From positions 107,497,731 through 107,561,730 of the forward strand of contig NC_092378.1 of assembly GCF_030028105.1 (NCBI RefSeq): a stretch of 64,000 nt of DNA. The letters are read 5' to 3'. Positions 61,864 to 64,000 of the stretch are shown here, piece by piece; position 1 is the first letter of the stretch, and every line of letters begins with the position of its first letter. Made by a program: the position numbers and the translations under genes. This DNA is from Mobula birostris (taxonomy: Eukaryota). The notes below the pieces were generated by a model. The model was not told the origin of the DNA. It worked only from the letters and a program-made list of their open reading frames with translations, and ran no database searches.

Positions 61864-62399
61864 TTGCCCTTGTGTCTTTGGTATTGATTTTGATTTAAAA
61901 TTTATCCTACCAGTGCTTCACAATGAACTCTACAATTTTCAAATACCTCTCCTCCTCTCCACACCATCCATTATTATCTCCAGAACTGCCCGTTGTGATA
62001 CACCATGACCCCACCAACCTTCCTACAAGTTTGAAATGACAGCTGATAATGATGAGAGGCCATGACAACTTCTCCTATAAGATGAATCATCATGAACTTA
62101 ATCTAAACCTCTGATGCCCAACCAGTGGTAGTGCAACCTGTGAGTGTACTTCAATGACACAGACAGCACAGACATTGACTAGACACTTCCATCACAATAA
62201 TGAGGTAGGTCTCAAGAGATTACAGATGCTAGAATCTGCAGGCAAAGAACTGAGCTGGAGGTGGAACTCAGTGTGTCAAGCAGTGTTTGAAGAAGGAAAC
62301 GGACAGTATGCATTTCTATCAAGACCATTATAAAGAAGTTTTTAGCCTAGCGTCTTGGTCTCAGAAATGTTTTGTTTATGAGATGCAGGATATCAGCTC

Positions 62400-64000
62400 C
62401 ATCAGTGGGTTAAGATAAAGTCAGATGTGTAAGTGTTACAGTGGAGTAAAGGGAATTACAGAGACATGAGAGAGAAGCTGACCAAAGTAGATTACAAGGG
62501 GACACTAACAGGGATGATGGCTGGAGATTCTGTGGGCAATTTAGAAGGCACAGGACAGATATATCCCAAATATGCAGAGTATTCTAAAAGGAGGATGAGG
62601 CAGCCACGTTCAACAAGAGAAGTCAAAGTCCAAATGAAAGGAATAGAGAGAGCACGTAATATAACAAGTTGTATTAAGTTGGAGAATTGGGAAACTTAAA
62701 AACTAACAGAAGGGAAGTGCAAAAAAAATATAAATAGTGAAAAACAGAAATATGAAGGTAAGTAGTTACTAATATAACAGAGGATACCACAGATTTTTAA
62801 GATATATAATAAGTAAAAGAGAGTGGATATTGGACTGCTGGAGAAGAATGCTGGAGAGTTTGTAATTGGGGCTAAGAAATGGCTGAAGAACTTAATAAGA
62901 TTTTTATGTCAGTCTTAAGCGTGGATTGAAACTAGTGAAAAAGAATCTCGGGGTTGTATGTAGTGACATGTATGTACTCTGATAATAAATTTTACTTTGA
63001 ACTTTGAACTTTTTCATTGTATGCCAGAAATATGAGTGCTGAGGGGAGAAGTGAGTGTAGTTCCTATTACTAAGGAGAAGGTGCTTGGGAATTTGAAAGA
63101 TCTGAAGGTAGATATGCCACCTGGACCAGATGAGCTTCCCCCAGTTCTGTAAGAGATAGATGAAGAGGTTATGGAGGCATTAGTAATTATCTTTCAAAAT
63201 TCTATCAGTCCCTCGAGTTGAACTCTGCTTTTTGTGTGTTTCCTCCTAGCTGTCAGCCTATGGTTTTGTATTGCCATGTGCTCCTGTCTCTGCTCCTGCT
63301 CTACTCCGGTCCCTGTATTACTGAGTACTTTGTGTCTCATCTGTTTCTCATTATTACCTGTATTGCTGCCACCTGTGTCCCATTGTGCTTCACCTATCAT
63401 CTGCCTTTGTTTATTGCTCAGTGTATTTCAGTCCTGTGTTTTCATCTGTTTGTTGTGAGATTGTGCCAGTGAATTTTCCTGATCCTTTCCAGCATTCGCA
63501 TCTGTCTGTCTGAATATTGAGTCTGCCTGTTTCCTGATTCCGGTTTTTGGATTTCTCTGGATGTTTTGATCTCTTCCTGAACTTTGATGCTGACTTTGTT
63601 TGAACCTTGGGATTTGTTACTCAATTAATACCACTGTGTGCACAGTACTGGATTGTGGTTAGATCCCTACTCCAGTGTCCTGGGAGATTTACTATATTCT
63701 GGAATTGTTCTAGAGAATTTGAAATACAAATTTCACTCCACACTTTAAGAAGGGAAGCAGAAGAAAGGAGATTATAGTCCAGTTATTCTGACCTCAGTAA
63801 TTGGAAAGCTGTTGGAGTACATTAATAAGGTTAAGGTCCCAGGGTACTTGAAGGTGAATGATAAAATTCACCAGAGTCATCATAGTTTTCTTAAGGTGAA
63901 ATCTTGCCAGACAAATCCGTTGGAATACTTTATGGAAATAATTGGCAACATGGATAAAGGACAGTCAGTAGATGTTGTTTATTTAGTTTTTCAGAAGGCC
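62400..64000 (+). mobile_element. Old CR1 LINE (paralogue of 24500-26730)
   Basis: LQWSKGNYRDMREKL; ends in gatgttgtttatttagtttttcagaaggcc. Confidence 0.75.
63205..63686 (+). mobile_element. Probable Gypsy-type solo LTR inserted in CR1
   Basis: T/C-rich ~480-bp insert absent from the paralogous site ~26425; termini degenerate. Confidence 0.45.

Noticed and set aside
42400-64000. Additional globin gene or pseudogene
   Set aside because: No globin-like exons were recognised on either strand by eye; a tblastn search would be needed to exclude very degraded relics

Overview
Eukaryotic (vertebrate) genomic DNA, most likely from a cartilaginous fish (ray/stingray-like globins and repeat families). 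The window holds part of a haemoglobin cluster: three intact 3-exon globin genes, all on the minus strand, in transcriptional order alpha (41370-40418), beta (32437-31178), alpha (3067-2113). Each encodes 142 aa with GT-AG introns. The ORF track shows only alpha exon 2 and misses the beta gene. The window is about 1.7 copies of a ~37-38 kb tandem duplication unit (approx. 500-26730 repeated at approx. 37620-64000), so paralogous filled and empty transposon sites can be compared directly. The intergenic DNA is dense with CR1, Rex1/Babar, Penelope-like, RTE, Vingi-like and L1 retroelements, tRNA-SINEs, solo LTRs, Tc1 and hAT relics. Most notable: a triplicated AP-1/NF-E2 + GATA + E-box enhancer-like module, reciprocal KLF1/GATA differences between the alpha promoters, an apparent gene-conversion tract over alpha exon 2, and a TSD-flanked ORF1-only L1 derivative. 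Repeat family names and boundaries were read by eye and are approximate unless a TSD is quoted. Comparisons to known proteins are from recall, not database searches.
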